NCBI GenBank assembly: GCA_002327985.1
Contig: DCVM01000058.1
Coordinates: forward strand, 21,460 to 85,459
Direction: 5' to 3'
Origin: Syntrophaceae bacterium UBA2188
Lineage (GTDB): Bacteria > Desulfobacterota > BSN033 > UBA1163
DNA length: 64,000 nt
Shown here one piece after another: positions 35,857 to 45,597 of the stretch. Position 1 is the stretch's first letter; each line of letters starts with the position of its first letter. The translations under genes and the position numbers were made by a program. The notes beneath the pieces are model-generated. The model was not told the DNA's origin. It made no database searches and worked only from the letters and a program-made list of their open reading frames with translations.

Positions 35857-37164
35857 CTACCTCCCCATCATTGAAGGTAAAAAGAGAGCAATTTTTGGGA
35901 ATATAGTTATAAAAATGACAACCATAATCATGGAGATCAAAAAAGGCATCGCCCCCCTGAAAATGGTTTGCATGGGAACATCTTTCACGACCCCGGCAAG
36001 AGTATAGACATTGAGCCCAACAGGCGGTGTAATCAGTCCTGCCTCCATCATGATCACGCAGATGACGCCAAACCAGATTGGGTCAAAGCCTAAGGCTTTA
36101 ATCACAGGAAAGATGACAGGCATGGTCAGAACCATCATGGAAATCGCATCCAAGAAACAGCCGAGCATCATGTAAATCAGGATAATGATAGCAAGAATGA
36201 TATATCGCGAGATGTGAAGCCCGGCCATCCAGCTCGAAACCGCCATGGGAATGGTAGAAAGGGCAAGAAAATAACTGAAAACATTTGCTCCCGCCACGAG
36301 AAAGAGAACCAATACTGAAATCCGGACCGCTTCAAGAAGGGAAACAGAAAGACTATGCAAACTCAATTTCTTCTTCAGGAGAACAATGACAAAAAGGGCG
36401 GTCGCACCGATCGCACCAGCCTCTGTCGGATTGATGACCCCCCCATAGATTCCCCCCATGACAATGAAAAAAACCAGCAGTGTTTCCCATATGCCCGAAA
36501 AGGCCTTTAGTTTCTCCTTAAAACTCACCTCTCCAGGAGTGGCTGGAGCTAAACTCGGGTTCAATTTCACCTGACAGACAATAATGGTGACAAAGGCCAG
36601 GGAAAGGAGGATTCCCGGAAAAATCCCCGAGATTAAAAGTTTTCCAATCGATTGCTCGGTAAGCATGCCATAGACCACAAAACCAAGAGAGGGTGGAATG
36701 AGAAAACTTAGCGTCCCGCCTGCTGCCACCGTGCCAACAGCTAATCTTGGAGCATAATTGAACCGTCTCATCTCAGGAATGGCAATCGTCCCCATCGCTG
36801 CTGAGGCTGCAACCGAGGAGCCGCTCAAAGCGGCAAAAAAAGCACAGGCTGAAATCGTGGCAATCCCTAATCCCCCGGGCAATTTCCTGAACCATTTATC
36901 AAAGGATCGATAGAGCTCCCTTGTAATCCCGGCGTTTCCTGCAAATCCTCCCATCAGGATGAAGAGAGGAATGATCGTATAGGGATAATAAGAGGCGGTC
37001 TCATAAACGGTTTTGGCGATAACAGGCAATGCAGCATTGAGGGAGGTCAAATAACTAATGCCCAGAAATCCTACCAACATCATGACAAAGGCAATGGGCA
37101 TCCCAAGAAACAATAAGATGACAAGCAGTACACTCCCCAATATTCCTACCGTAATGGGATTCAC
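35857..37164 (-). CDS. dctM: TRAP transporter large permease
   Basis: 435-aa polytopic protein with typical DctM blocks. Overlaps the dctQ stop. Confidence 0.85.
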   Translation of the reverse strand: MNPITVGILGSVLLVILLFLGMPIAFVMMLVGFLGISYLTSLNAALPVIAKTVYETASYYPYTIIPLFILMGGFAGNAGITRELYRSFDKWFRKLPGGLGIATISACAFFAALSGSSVAASAAMGTIAIPEMRRFNYAPRLAVGTVAAGGTLSFLIPPSLGFVVYGMLTEQSIGKLLISGIFPGILLSLAFVTIIVCQVKLNPSLAPATPGEVSFKEKLKAFSGIWETLLVFFIVMGGIYGGVINPTEAGAIGATALFVIVLLKKKLSLHSLSVSLLEAVRISVLVLFLVAGANVFSYFLALSTIPMAVSSWMAGLHISRYIILAIIILIYMMLGCFLDAISMMVLTMPVIFPVIKALGFDPIWFGVICVIMMEAGLITPPVGLNVYTLAGVVKDVPMQTIFRGAMPFLISMIMVVIFITIFPKIALFLPSMMGR

Positions 37165-37652
37165 CCTTCCCTCCTCTTGAGTTTTCCTATTGAATTAACA
37201 AGGTCTGTCAGAAGTTCCAGCCATAGAAGGAAGCCTCCCACGGCAACGAGGATCCGGAATGGATATTGGGGAATTCTCAGCATGTCCGAGACAGTACGTT
37301 CTCGGATGCCTTCTAACCAACCGTACCATATGACGATGGCAATGATGAACAAACTAAGTATCGTTGTGATGATCTCGCAGACAACTCGAACACGGGGAGA
37401 TAACCGGGAGGTAAGAAAATCAACCCCGACGTGCCCCTTCACCTGCTGGGTGTAAGCGGCACCCAACAGGATGAAGGTGGCTAAGATATATTCGGATATT
37501 TCAAAGGTCCCCGGGATTGTTTTAGAAAGAAATTTTCTACCTATGATATCGCCAGTGGTGAGCAACATCAATGGAATGATAAAAAACATCCCTATGACAC
37601 AGACATAAAAATTGATGCGGTGAATCATCTTTTGAGTTTTAGCCCACCACAT
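37161..37652 (-). CDS. dctQ: TRAP transporter small permease
   Basis: 163 aa, four hydrophobic segments, positioned between dctP and dctM. Confidence 0.8.
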   Translation of the reverse strand: MWWAKTQKMIHRINFYVCVIGMFFIIPLMLLTTGDIIGRKFLSKTIPGTFEISEYILATFILLGAAYTQQVKGHVGVDFLTSRLSPRVRVVCEIITTILSLFIIAIVIWYGWLEGIRERTVSDMLRIPQYPFRILVAVGGFLLWLELLTDLVNSIGKLKRREG

Positions 37653-37679
37653 GTCCTGCCACTCCTAAAAATTCGATCG

Positions 37680-38747
37680 TTACTTCCATTCAGGTGGGAA
37701 GGCTGCCACCTTTACACCTCGTTTTTCACATTCCTCATTGTACATACGGACCACTTCTTTAGCCTTCAGACCCTTCCCTTCAAGATCTGATACCCACTTT
37801 CTTGTTACATCTCTGAAGCGGTCATACCATCGTTCCGCCTCCTTTGATGGAAGATTATAGAGTTCCACTTTCTTGTCAGTAATTTCATTCAACATCGTTT
37901 TATAAACTTCTCTGGTCAATCCTCCTGTTGTGTGGAAGGGATTGTGGCATACATCCTCGACGACGGGCTTAAGGTCATCAGGTGTCTTTTTCCAGCTTTC
38001 CTGATTCATAATGACACCTTCAGAAACGCAACCAAAGGTTGTGACGACTGCATGCTTTGTCACCTCATAGAGTTTGAAAGAAAGGATCAAGGGGGGACAG
38101 GTTACGATTCCATCAATTGTTCCTGTTTCCATTGCCATATAGACGTCCCCGAGAGGCATGAAGATTGGCTCTGCTCCAAGTGACTTAATATAATGGGTTT
38201 GATGACCCCCAGGGCTCCTTATCTTGAGGCCCTTCACATCCTCGAGGGTTCTCACGGGTTTTTTGGTCCACATGAAAGCCTGGATGCATCCATTCAACTC
38301 CACCATTTTTACTCCAGGAAATTCCTGGTTAAGAACACGTTTATACATGGCATTTCCTATATCTGTCGCAATATCCTTCCCATCAACCCATGCAGCCAAA
38401 GAAAGAACATCGGTCAATGGAAAGCGGCCTGGCGTCCAGGTGGCGGTAAAGTAACCCATATCCGAAAGGCCTTTCGCGACGATATCAAAATGTTCTGGCC
38501 CCTTCCCGAGGGCACCTCCTGCGTACATCGTCGATGTAATTCTCCCCTTGCTCTTCTTCTTCAGCTCTTCAAGCATCGGCTCCCAGACGGTCTTGACCTC
38601 CCGGCTAACCGGAACATGCCAGGTGCTAAACCTTAAATTAGTAGCTTGACCATAAGCCAAATGAGAATGGCCTAATCCCGTTCCTACTGCGATACCCCCC
38701 ACCACTGAACTTTTTATAAAATCCCTTCTTGTGATTTTTCTAGACAT
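37680..38747 (-). CDS. dctP: TRAP transporter substrate-binding protein (Tat signal)
   Basis: SRKITRRDFIKSSVVGG twin-arginine leader. DctP-family body. Confidence 0.8.
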   Translation of the reverse strand: MSRKITRRDFIKSSVVGGIAVGTGLGHSHLAYGQATNLRFSTWHVPVSREVKTVWEPMLEELKKKSKGRITSTMYAGGALGKGPEHFDIVAKGLSDMGYFTATWTPGRFPLTDVLSLAAWVDGKDIATDIGNAMYKRVLNQEFPGVKMVELNGCIQAFMWTKKPVRTLEDVKGLKIRSPGGHQTHYIKSLGAEPIFMPLGDVYMAMETGTIDGIVTCPPLILSFKLYEVTKHAVVTTFGCVSEGVIMNQESWKKTPDDLKPVVEDVCHNPFHTTGGLTREVYKTMLNEITDKKVELYNLPSKEAERWYDRFRDVTRKWVSDLEGKGLKAKEVVRMYNEECEKRGVKVAAFPPEWK

Positions 38748-38873
38748 TTTACACCTCCTGCCTGAATGATCTCTTGATGAGTTTTAAAAAAAATTCACCT
38801 CCTCTCTCTAAAGATATCTTTTTTCTACATGCTTGATTTAGCATTAAATTTGTACCTTTTAGTCTTTATTTAA

Positions 38874-39425
38874 TCAAAAGGTCGGTGGACTCACCACCCA
38901 TATGACGACCGCCTTTTTTTTACTTGGGTTTGACCAGCTATGAGGTTCCTGGGATGAAAAATAGAAACTTTCGTTTTTCTTCAGTCGATACGCCTTCCCA
39001 TTTAGGTTGATTTCCAGATTTCCCTTCAAAACAATTCCACATTCTTCTCCGATATGGGAGTAAAATCCTTTCGACCCACCTCCGGGTTCGATGGTTGTAT
39101 AAAAAGGTTGCATTCTTTTATTTTGAATATTTCGAACAAGCATCTGTATTTTAGCTTCCCCTCGTTTAAACCTTATCTTTACCCTTTCCGCCTCTTTGCA
39201 GACCACATCGTTCTCTTTTGTTTCTGGCTCAAGGAAGAAATCAACCACTTTTACCTGAAGGGCAGAAGCAATTTTTTTCAGGATCATGATAGAAGGGTTT
39301 GCACGACCCCTTTCGAGCTGGGAAAGGTAGGCATCTGTGCAGCCAGCTTTGTTAGCCAGTTGTTTGAGGGTCATTCGGTTCGCCAAGCGGAAGACCTTGA
39401 GTTTTTCGGCAATCTCTTTCATCAA
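38874..39425 (-). CDS. XRE-family HTH regulator with cupin domain (probable regulator of the catabolic island)
   Basis: LRLANRMTLKQLANKAGCTDAYLSQLERG HTH. C-terminal cupin (HIGEECGIVLKGNLEI). First gene of the minus-strand island. Confidence 0.8.
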   Translation of the reverse strand: MMKEIAEKLKVFRLANRMTLKQLANKAGCTDAYLSQLERGRANPSIMILKKIASALQVKVVDFFLEPETKENDVVCKEAERVKIRFKRGEAKIQMLVRNIQNKRMQPFYTTIEPGGGSKGFYSHIGEECGIVLKGNLEINLNGKAYRLKKNESFYFSSQEPHSWSNPSKKKAVVIWVVSPPTF

Positions 39426-39566
39426 AGCAACATTAAATATAATTACATCTAATTAACAAATATTTAATATCTAAAAATTTGTCAAGCAGAAAAATAGTCC
39501 TTGTTTTTGTCATTCTGGACTTGATTCAGAATCCCTATAAAGAGACCCTGATTAGAGGTCAGCCAA

Positions 39567-40328
39567 TTACACATTCCCCCCTTCGCAAGAATGACCTTTA
39601 GGGGTCAGTGTGTAATCTATCTTAATGTTGGAAAGGGCGCGGAAGATATTTCCTTTGACCCGACGGTCCTTCTTATTTAAAGACCCAATGATATCCTTGA
39701 TCACTTTCCTTTTTGTCTTTCCGGAACTCGGGCAACCGCTTGGACCGAAAGGCAAATCCATCTCTCGGGCGAATCTCTCAACTTTTTTCTCCTCCAATAA
39801 GGCAAAGGGACGAATCAAAGTAATCTTCCCCTTAAAGAGGGTTTGAAGGGGGACCATCGTGCTGATTTCAGCACTATAAAAAATATTAAGAAGAAGAGTT
39901 TCAATGATATCATCCTGGTGATGGCCAAGAGCAATCTTGTTACATTTGAAACGTTGCACAAGATGAAACAGATGTTTTCTTCTCTCCCATGAGCAGAGGA
40001 AACAGGGGTTTTCTCTATTCTCAGGGCTGTTTGCTCTTCTCCCAATATCGGTGAACTCAATGTGATAAGCAAGCCCTTTATTTTCAAAATAATTCTTCAG
40101 GATCTCGGCTCGGCCGGAACCAAAACCGAGGTCAATGTAGACCGGGAAAAGTTCATAACGGATGGGAACCCGTTTGCTCCGTTCATGGAGGAGATGGAAC
40201 AATGAAAGGCTATCTTTCCCTCCAGAGACTCCCACCATAATCCGGTCTCCCTCCTGGATCAAACCATAACGGTGGATCGCCTTTCCCATCAAGCTTCGAA
40301 TCTCTTTCTGCCAGTATGCCATTGTCAT
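39567..40328 (-). CDS. ttcA: tRNA 2-thiocytidine biosynthesis protein TtcA-like PP-loop ATPase
   Basis: VGVSGGKDSLSL PP-loop. CFLCSWERR and GCPSSG Cys motifs. Confidence 0.75.
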   Translation of the reverse strand: MTMAYWQKEIRSLMGKAIHRYGLIQEGDRIMVGVSGGKDSLSLFHLLHERSKRVPIRYELFPVYIDLGFGSGRAEILKNYFENKGLAYHIEFTDIGRRANSPENRENPCFLCSWERRKHLFHLVQRFKCNKIALGHHQDDIIETLLLNIFYSAEISTMVPLQTLFKGKITLIRPFALLEEKKVERFAREMDLPFGPSGCPSSGKTKRKVIKDIIGSLNKKDRRVKGNIFRALSNIKIDYTLTPKGHSCEGGNV

Positions 40329-40457
40329 GTTCGAGGATCGCTCCGCTTGAGGTGCGTTTCACTTGAGGACCGCTGCGCTCGAGGGCCTTAATACACGAGA
40401 TCTTTGGCCTCTTCCCTCAAGTCAGAAGGACGATCCTCAAGGCCTCAGGGCCGCTCC
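40329..40457. repeat. TTGAGG/GAGGATCG word hairpin element
   Basis: GAGGATCG (40333-40340) and its complement CGATCCTC (40431-40438), plus several CTTGAGG/CCTCAAG copies. Confidence 0.55.
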
Positions 40458-41114
40458 TTAAACGAAGTGGTCCCATCCTCTTATGCCTTTTAATGGACAT
40501 ATATCACATCTCGGTATCTTTTGACACACAGTCTTCCCTAAATAAACGAAAAGGGCATGGTATTCATTGAATAACTTTTCATTGCTTGGAAGATGATCCA
40601 TAAAAAGTTTCTGGACGTCCTCATAGGAAGTTTTCTCTGAAATCACACCGTGACGCGAAAGGATTCTCTTCGTATAGGCATCGATAACAAAGATGGGTTT
40701 CCTCAGGCCATAAAGGAGAATGCTATCTGCAGTTTCAGGCCCAATTCCATTAACCCTGAGAAGTTTTTCCCTTAATGCTACAGTGTTCTCCTTCCCCATC
40801 ACCTTTATATTCCCGTCATATTCTTCAAACAAGAAATCGACAAAAGACTTCAAACGATCCGTTTTGATTCGATAGTAGCCTGACGATTTAATGAGTGGGG
40901 CCAACTGTGGTTTCTTAAGATGATGAATCCCTTCCGGATTTAAAACCCCCTTCCCTTTCAGCTTCTGAATCGCCTTCTCAACATTTCTCCAGGAGGTATT
41001 CTGGGTAAGAATGGCCCCTACCATGACCTCAAAAGGGGTTTCTGCAGGCCACCAGTGTCGAGGGCCATAGGCCTGGTAAAGGATTCGGTAAATGTTCATT
41101 AAGAGCCGTTGCAT
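40458..41114 (-). CDS. Endonuclease III-related HhH-GPD protein (COG2231-like) with Fe-S loop
   Basis: AILTQNTSWRNVEKAI, NGIGPETADSILLY, C-terminal CQKIPRCDICPL. Confidence 0.75.
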   Translation of the reverse strand: MQRLLMNIYRILYQAYGPRHWWPAETPFEVMVGAILTQNTSWRNVEKAIQKLKGKGVLNPEGIHHLKKPQLAPLIKSSGYYRIKTDRLKSFVDFLFEEYDGNIKVMGKENTVALREKLLRVNGIGPETADSILLYGLRKPIFVIDAYTKRILSRHGVISEKTSYEDVQKLFMDHLPSNEKLFNEYHALFVYLGKTVCQKIPRCDICPLKGIRGWDHFV

Positions 41115-41139
41115 GAAATTTCACCTGTAGCGCACGGTT

Positions 41140-41240
41140 CTGGAAAAATGGAATGCTGGAATAATGACACAAAAAAGACTATTCCTAACTTCCTTGCCCA
41201 ATATTCCAATATTCCAGTATTCCAACATTCCATTACTCAT
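41140..41240. repeat. ATTCCA/TGGAAT octamer-word hairpin element (family copy 2)
   Basis: CTGGAAAAATGGAATGCTGGAATAATG ... CCAATATTCCAATATTCCAGTATTCCAACATTCCATTACTC. 41181-41207 is the reverse complement of 42409-42434, apart from 1 mismatch and 1 indel. Confidence 0.7.
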
Positions 41241-41241
41241 C

Positions 41242-42372
41242 TTATTTCAGCCTCTTTTGAAATCTCAGGGAACTTAATAAGATCGTGAACCCACCCAGAA
41301 TAACTAATGCCAGCATCTCAGGCCAGAGGATATCCAATCCATTCCCCTTTAAAAAGACACCTCGGATAATGATTAAAAAGTACCGTAATGGGTTTACATA
41401 CGTAATGGTTTGAAGCCATTCTGGCATATTTTCTAAGGGGAAAGCAAAACCTGAGAGGATAAAGGCTGGCATCATAAAAAAGAATGTTGAAATCTGGGCT
41501 TGCTGCTGTGTGGAAGAGATAGTGGAGATGAAGAGACCTATTCCTACGGAACTCATTAAGAAGAAGACATTCCCTAAAAGAAGGATAAGAGGGTTTCCTC
41601 GAAAAGGAACTTCAAACCAAAATACTCCGATCAGGGCGATCATCATGGCATCTGCAAGCCCAATCATCGCAAAAGGAAAGGTCTTCCCCAACATCAACTC
41701 CCACGACCGGATAGGGCTCACCATGATCTGTTCAAGAGTACCCATCTCCCTCTCCCTGACAATGGCCTGTGCCGTAAGAATAATAGGAAGGAGAAAAGCA
41801 ATGGAGGCGATGACCCCTGGAACATAAAAAAGTCGACTCTCGACGTTGGGGTTAAACCAGATCCGATGCTCGAGTTCCACTCCGGCCTCCTCGAAACCGA
41901 CGATCCCTTCCCGATTCAACCTTTTGATCATCATCATGGTTGAATACTCTGAAAGAATCCGACCGATGTAGCCCAGGGCAATCATGGCCGTATTCGATTC
42001 AGTTCCATCGAGGATGATCTGCACAATCCCTGTATCTCCCTTCTTCAATTTTCTTGAAAAATCGCTTGGGATTTCGATACAGAGAGTGACAGCTCCCCTA
42101 CGAATAAGGGTCTCAATCTCTGCTGGGGTCTTCGGATAAGAAACTATATCAAAATATTTAGAACTCCCGAACCGACTGGTCAATTCTCTTGATTCCACAC
42201 TCTGATCCAGGTCCCGTAAAGCAGTCTGAATGTGTTTTACATCCAGATTGGCCGCATATCCAAAGACGATCAATTGAAAAATAGGCGGGAAGATAAGAAT
42301 CATCCTCAACCGCTTATCTCTCAGGACCTGAATCATCTCTTTGACAAATAGGTATCGAACACGGTGAAACAT
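41242..42372 (-). CDS. ABC-2 type transporter permease (YbhR/YbhS-like)
   Basis: 376 aa. N-terminal TM, large periplasmic loop, then five C-terminal TMs. Confidence 0.8.
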   Translation of the reverse strand: MFHRVRYLFVKEMIQVLRDKRLRMILIFPPIFQLIVFGYAANLDVKHIQTALRDLDQSVESRELTSRFGSSKYFDIVSYPKTPAEIETLIRRGAVTLCIEIPSDFSRKLKKGDTGIVQIILDGTESNTAMIALGYIGRILSEYSTMMMIKRLNREGIVGFEEAGVELEHRIWFNPNVESRLFYVPGVIASIAFLLPIILTAQAIVREREMGTLEQIMVSPIRSWELMLGKTFPFAMIGLADAMMIALIGVFWFEVPFRGNPLILLLGNVFFLMSSVGIGLFISTISSTQQQAQISTFFFMMPAFILSGFAFPLENMPEWLQTITYVNPLRYFLIIIRGVFLKGNGLDILWPEMLALVILGGFTILLSSLRFQKRLK

Positions 42373-42382
42373 AAATACCTTC

Positions 42383-42525
42383 TTGGAATATTGGGATGCT
42401 GGAAAATTGGAATATTGGGCAAGAAAGTTAGAATTAGCTTGTTTGTGTCTTTATTCCAACATTCCATTATTCCATTGTTCCAGCTTTTTTCATGATTCCA
42501 TCATTCCATAATTCCATCATTCTTT
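42383..42525. repeat. ATTCCA/TGGAAT octamer-word hairpin element (family copy 3)
   Basis: GGAATATTGGGATGCTGGAAAATTGGAATATTGGG ... TTATTCCAACATTCCATTATTCCATTGTTCCAG ... GATTCCATCATTCCATAATTCCATCATTC. Confidence 0.7.
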
Positions 42526-42531
42526 ATATTC

Positions 42532-43665
42532 TTATCTCAATTCTTTTTTAAAACTCTTGGTCGCTACCCAAAGTCCTGCCACAGCCATCCCGATCAGGAT
42601 TAACGTTTCGGTCCAGAGAAAAGAGAAATCTGCTCCTTTTAGAAATATTTCCTTGAGTATGGTGACATAATATCTGGGTGCAATCCCATAGGTGATGAGC
42701 TGAAGCCAAAATGGCATATTCGCGATGACGAAAGTGAACCCTGATAACAAGAAGGTCGGAAGGAAACCGATGACCATGGCCATCTGATTGGCCAGAATTT
42801 GAGTCTTTGCTACAGTAGAGATGGTCATGCCCAGTGCCAGGGCAACAAAGATATAGATGCAGGAAAGAAGAAAAAGGAGAGCGATGCTCCCCCTCAGGGG
42901 CACCTCAAAGACCCATTTCCCCATCCATATCGCCAATGCTAAATCGATAAGACACAAGAAAAAATATGGAAACAATTTCCCGATAATCAATTCCTCTTTT
43001 CGGACGGGGGTGGAGATGAGAAGTTCCATTGTTCCCTGCTCCCATTCACGAACAATCACCTGTCCTGTGAGGAGCACTCCGATGATGGACATGATCACCG
43101 CCACCAACCCCGGTATAAAATAATTCTTTGATTCCAGTTCTTCATTGAACCAGATTCTTGGCCGGCCTTCGACAGGTGCTTTGAGTCTTTGCCCACCCAA
43201 TCGGTCTATCTTCAGAAAGGTTTTCTCAAGATTGTATTCCCGGACCACCCCCTGGATATACGTCAGAATGATATTGGCGGTATTGGAATCCGAGCCGTCC
43301 AGTAATATCTGAATGGTTGCCTTTTTCCCGCCCTTGATCGTTTTGGAGAAATCCCATGGAAGAATCAATCCCATCTTGGTCTCACCCCGATCAATCCATC
43401 GTTGAATCTCTTTCTCATCCTGTGCAAAAAAGAGAAGATGAAAATAGGGAGAGGCGCTGAACCGATGGATAAAGGATAAACTTTCCTGACTTTTATCGCG
43501 ATCCAAAACAGCCATGGGTACCTTCTTTACATCAAGGCTGACCGCATAACCAAAGAGGAGCATGAGCAAGACGGGCATCAGGATCACCAATCCCAGACTT
43601 CTCCAGTCTCGTAGGATGTGGAACCATTCTTTTCGTGCGATGGCCCAGATGCGAGAAAAATTCAT
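42532..43665 (-). CDS. ABC-2 type transporter permease (second paralog)
   Basis: 377 aa, same architecture as 41242..42372. Confidence 0.8.
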   Translation of the reverse strand: MNFSRIWAIARKEWFHILRDWRSLGLVILMPVLLMLLFGYAVSLDVKKVPMAVLDRDKSQESLSFIHRFSASPYFHLLFFAQDEKEIQRWIDRGETKMGLILPWDFSKTIKGGKKATIQILLDGSDSNTANIILTYIQGVVREYNLEKTFLKIDRLGGQRLKAPVEGRPRIWFNEELESKNYFIPGLVAVIMSIIGVLLTGQVIVREWEQGTMELLISTPVRKEELIIGKLFPYFFLCLIDLALAIWMGKWVFEVPLRGSIALLFLLSCIYIFVALALGMTISTVAKTQILANQMAMVIGFLPTFLLSGFTFVIANMPFWLQLITYGIAPRYYVTILKEIFLKGADFSFLWTETLILIGMAVAGLWVATKSFKKELR

Positions 43666-44603
43666 ATTCTTCCTTCTTTGGCGATCAATGAAACAAAGAC
43701 ATCCTCCAGGGAAGGCCTGATGCGGTCCATCTGTTTCAGCATGATCCCATACTTCTGAAAAAGAAGGGTAACCTCTTTCTCTATATCCGTTTCCTCCCGA
43801 CCGATCACATGAAGGGAATTCCCAAAGACAGCTGCCTCAGAGACCCAGGGTTCCTTCTTCAACAGGTCCAGGGCAGAAATGAGGGGTTCGCATATCACTT
43901 CCAGTACGCCTTGGGCAATCGTTTTCAACTTGAGTTCAGAAGGAGTTCCAAGGGCGATGATCTTACCTTGATAGATCAAAGCCAATCGGTCACAATATTC
44001 TGCTTCATCCATGTAGTGGGTCGTCACGAAAGTAGTCACCCCCTTTTCCCCCATCTGCTGGATGAGGTTCCAGAAATTTCTTCTGGAGATGGGATCGACT
44101 CCGGAAGTCGGTTCATCCAAGAAAAGAATGGATGGCTCATGGAGGATTGAACATCCCAAGGCGAGCCTCTGTTTCCATCCAACAGCCAGTGTCTGGGTCA
44201 TTCGATCTCGGAACTCCTTGAGATGTATCATGTCCAAAACCAGATCCTCTCTTTTTCTTTGAAGGAAACCGGAGAGGCCATAAATCCCGCCAAAAAAATG
44301 AAGGTTTTCCGTCACGGTCAGGTCTTCGTAGAGTGAAAACTTTTGGGACATATAACCAATCACGTTCTTAATTTTTTCTGGCTCACCCATGATGTCAAAC
44401 CCTGCAACCTTCCCTTCCCCAGCGGTGGGCATCAGGAGGCCGCAAAGCATACGGATGGTTGTGGATTTCCCGGACCCATTGGGTCCCAGAAATCCAAAGA
44501 TCTCTCCCTTCTTGACCTGAAAACGGATATGATCCACAGTGACGAAGTCCCCGAAGGTTTTCACGAGGTCTTCCACTTCCACAGCAAAAGTTGGCATCGT
44601 CAT
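43662..44603 (-). CDS. ABC transporter ATP-binding protein
   Basis: Walker A GPNGSGKST, signature region, Walker B ILFLDEPTSGVD. Confidence 0.9.
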   Translation of the reverse strand: MTMPTFAVEVEDLVKTFGDFVTVDHIRFQVKKGEIFGFLGPNGSGKSTTIRMLCGLLMPTAGEGKVAGFDIMGEPEKIKNVIGYMSQKFSLYEDLTVTENLHFFGGIYGLSGFLQRKREDLVLDMIHLKEFRDRMTQTLAVGWKQRLALGCSILHEPSILFLDEPTSGVDPISRRNFWNLIQQMGEKGVTTFVTTHYMDEAEYCDRLALIYQGKIIALGTPSELKLKTIAQGVLEVICEPLISALDLLKKEPWVSEAAVFGNSLHVIGREETDIEKEVTLLFQKYGIMLKQMDRIRPSLEDVFVSLIAKEGRI

Positions 44604-44673
44604 GAGTTATGGGTTCGGAGTTAGGAGTTAAGAATTTAAAGTTAATTCATGATTCTCAATTCATAATTCACAA
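44604..44673. repeat. Heptamer-word imperfect hairpin (GAGTTAT GGGTTCG GAGTTAG GAGTTAA ... ATTCATG ATTCTCA ATTCATA ATTCACA)
   Basis: Read directly between the two ATPase genes. Confidence 0.5.
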
Positions 44674-45597
44674 TTATTTTTCTTTCTTTCTCACTATCGA
44701 AACAAAGGCATCTTCAAGAGAAGGTCTGACCACCGCAAGGTTAAAAATAGGCATTTGACTAGCTTTTAATACATCCCGAATCGTTCTTTCACCTTCTTGG
44801 GGATCACTGACGTGGACATGAATCTTATCGCCGGATAAGACGAAGCCCTGAAATGATTCAATCCCTTCAAGCATTCTCATGCTCTTCTGATTATTTTCTG
44901 TGCGAAGCTCCAAAATCGTCCCCTCGATTTGAGCTTTGATGGCAGCCGGAGTATCCGCAATAAATAGCTCTCCTTGGTAAATCATTCCGATGCGATTGCA
45001 TCGCTCTGCCTCATCCAGATAAGAGGTTGAAAAAAGGATGGTCACTCCCTCTTTCAACAAGTCATAGAGGATAACCCAGAAATCCCTCCGCGAGAGGGGA
45101 TCGACTCCAGTGGTCGGTTCATCGAGAAAAAGGATTTGAGGCGTATGGATCAAGGCGCAGATAAGCCCCAACTTCTGCTTCATGCCGCCAGAGAGATCCT
45201 GAGCCTTTCGTTTTCCGAAGGGTTTTAGACTGGCAAATTGAAGAAGCCTTTCGATCCGTTCCATTCTACTTTTCTTTGACACCTGATAGAGGTCAGCATA
45301 AAAATGGATGTTTTCAAGGACAGTGAGATCCCTATAGAGTCCGAAACGCTGAGGAAGATATCCTACCTTCCCTTTCAAAATCTCTGCCTCTCTTCGGACA
45401 TTACACCCTGCGACAATTGCCTCTCCTCCATCCGGTGGCAGAATTCCGCAAAGCATCCGAAGCGTCGTCGTTTTCCCAGAGGCATCCGGACCGACCAGAC
45501 CGAAGATCTCTCCCGCCCTCACTTCCAAGTTCAGGCCTTTGACAGCTGTCAATGATACAAAAGATTTAGTCAGATTGTTGGTTTGAATGGCTAACAT
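44674..45597 (-). CDS. ABC transporter ATP-binding protein
   Basis: Walker A GPDASGKTT, LSGGMKQKL signature, Walker B ILFLDEPTTGVD. Confidence 0.9.
   Translation of the reverse strand: MLAIQTNNLTKSFVSLTAVKGLNLEVRAGEIFGLVGPDASGKTTTLRMLCGILPPDGGEAIVAGCNVRREAEILKGKVGYLPQRFGLYRDLTVLENIHFYADLYQVSKKSRMERIERLLQFASLKPFGKRKAQDLSGGMKQKLGLICALIHTPQILFLDEPTTGVDPLSRRDFWVILYDLLKEGVTILFSTSYLDEAERCNRIGMIYQGELFIADTPAAIKAQIEGTILELRTENNQKSMRMLEGIESFQGFVLSGDKIHVHVSDPQEGERTIRDVLKASQMPIFNLAVVRPSLEDAFVSIVRKKEK

Noticed and set aside
41140-42525. CRISPR array
   Set aside because: The repeats are degenerate 7-8-nt words without unique spacers of 25-40 nt, and no cas genes are present. They are hairpin-type dispersed elements.
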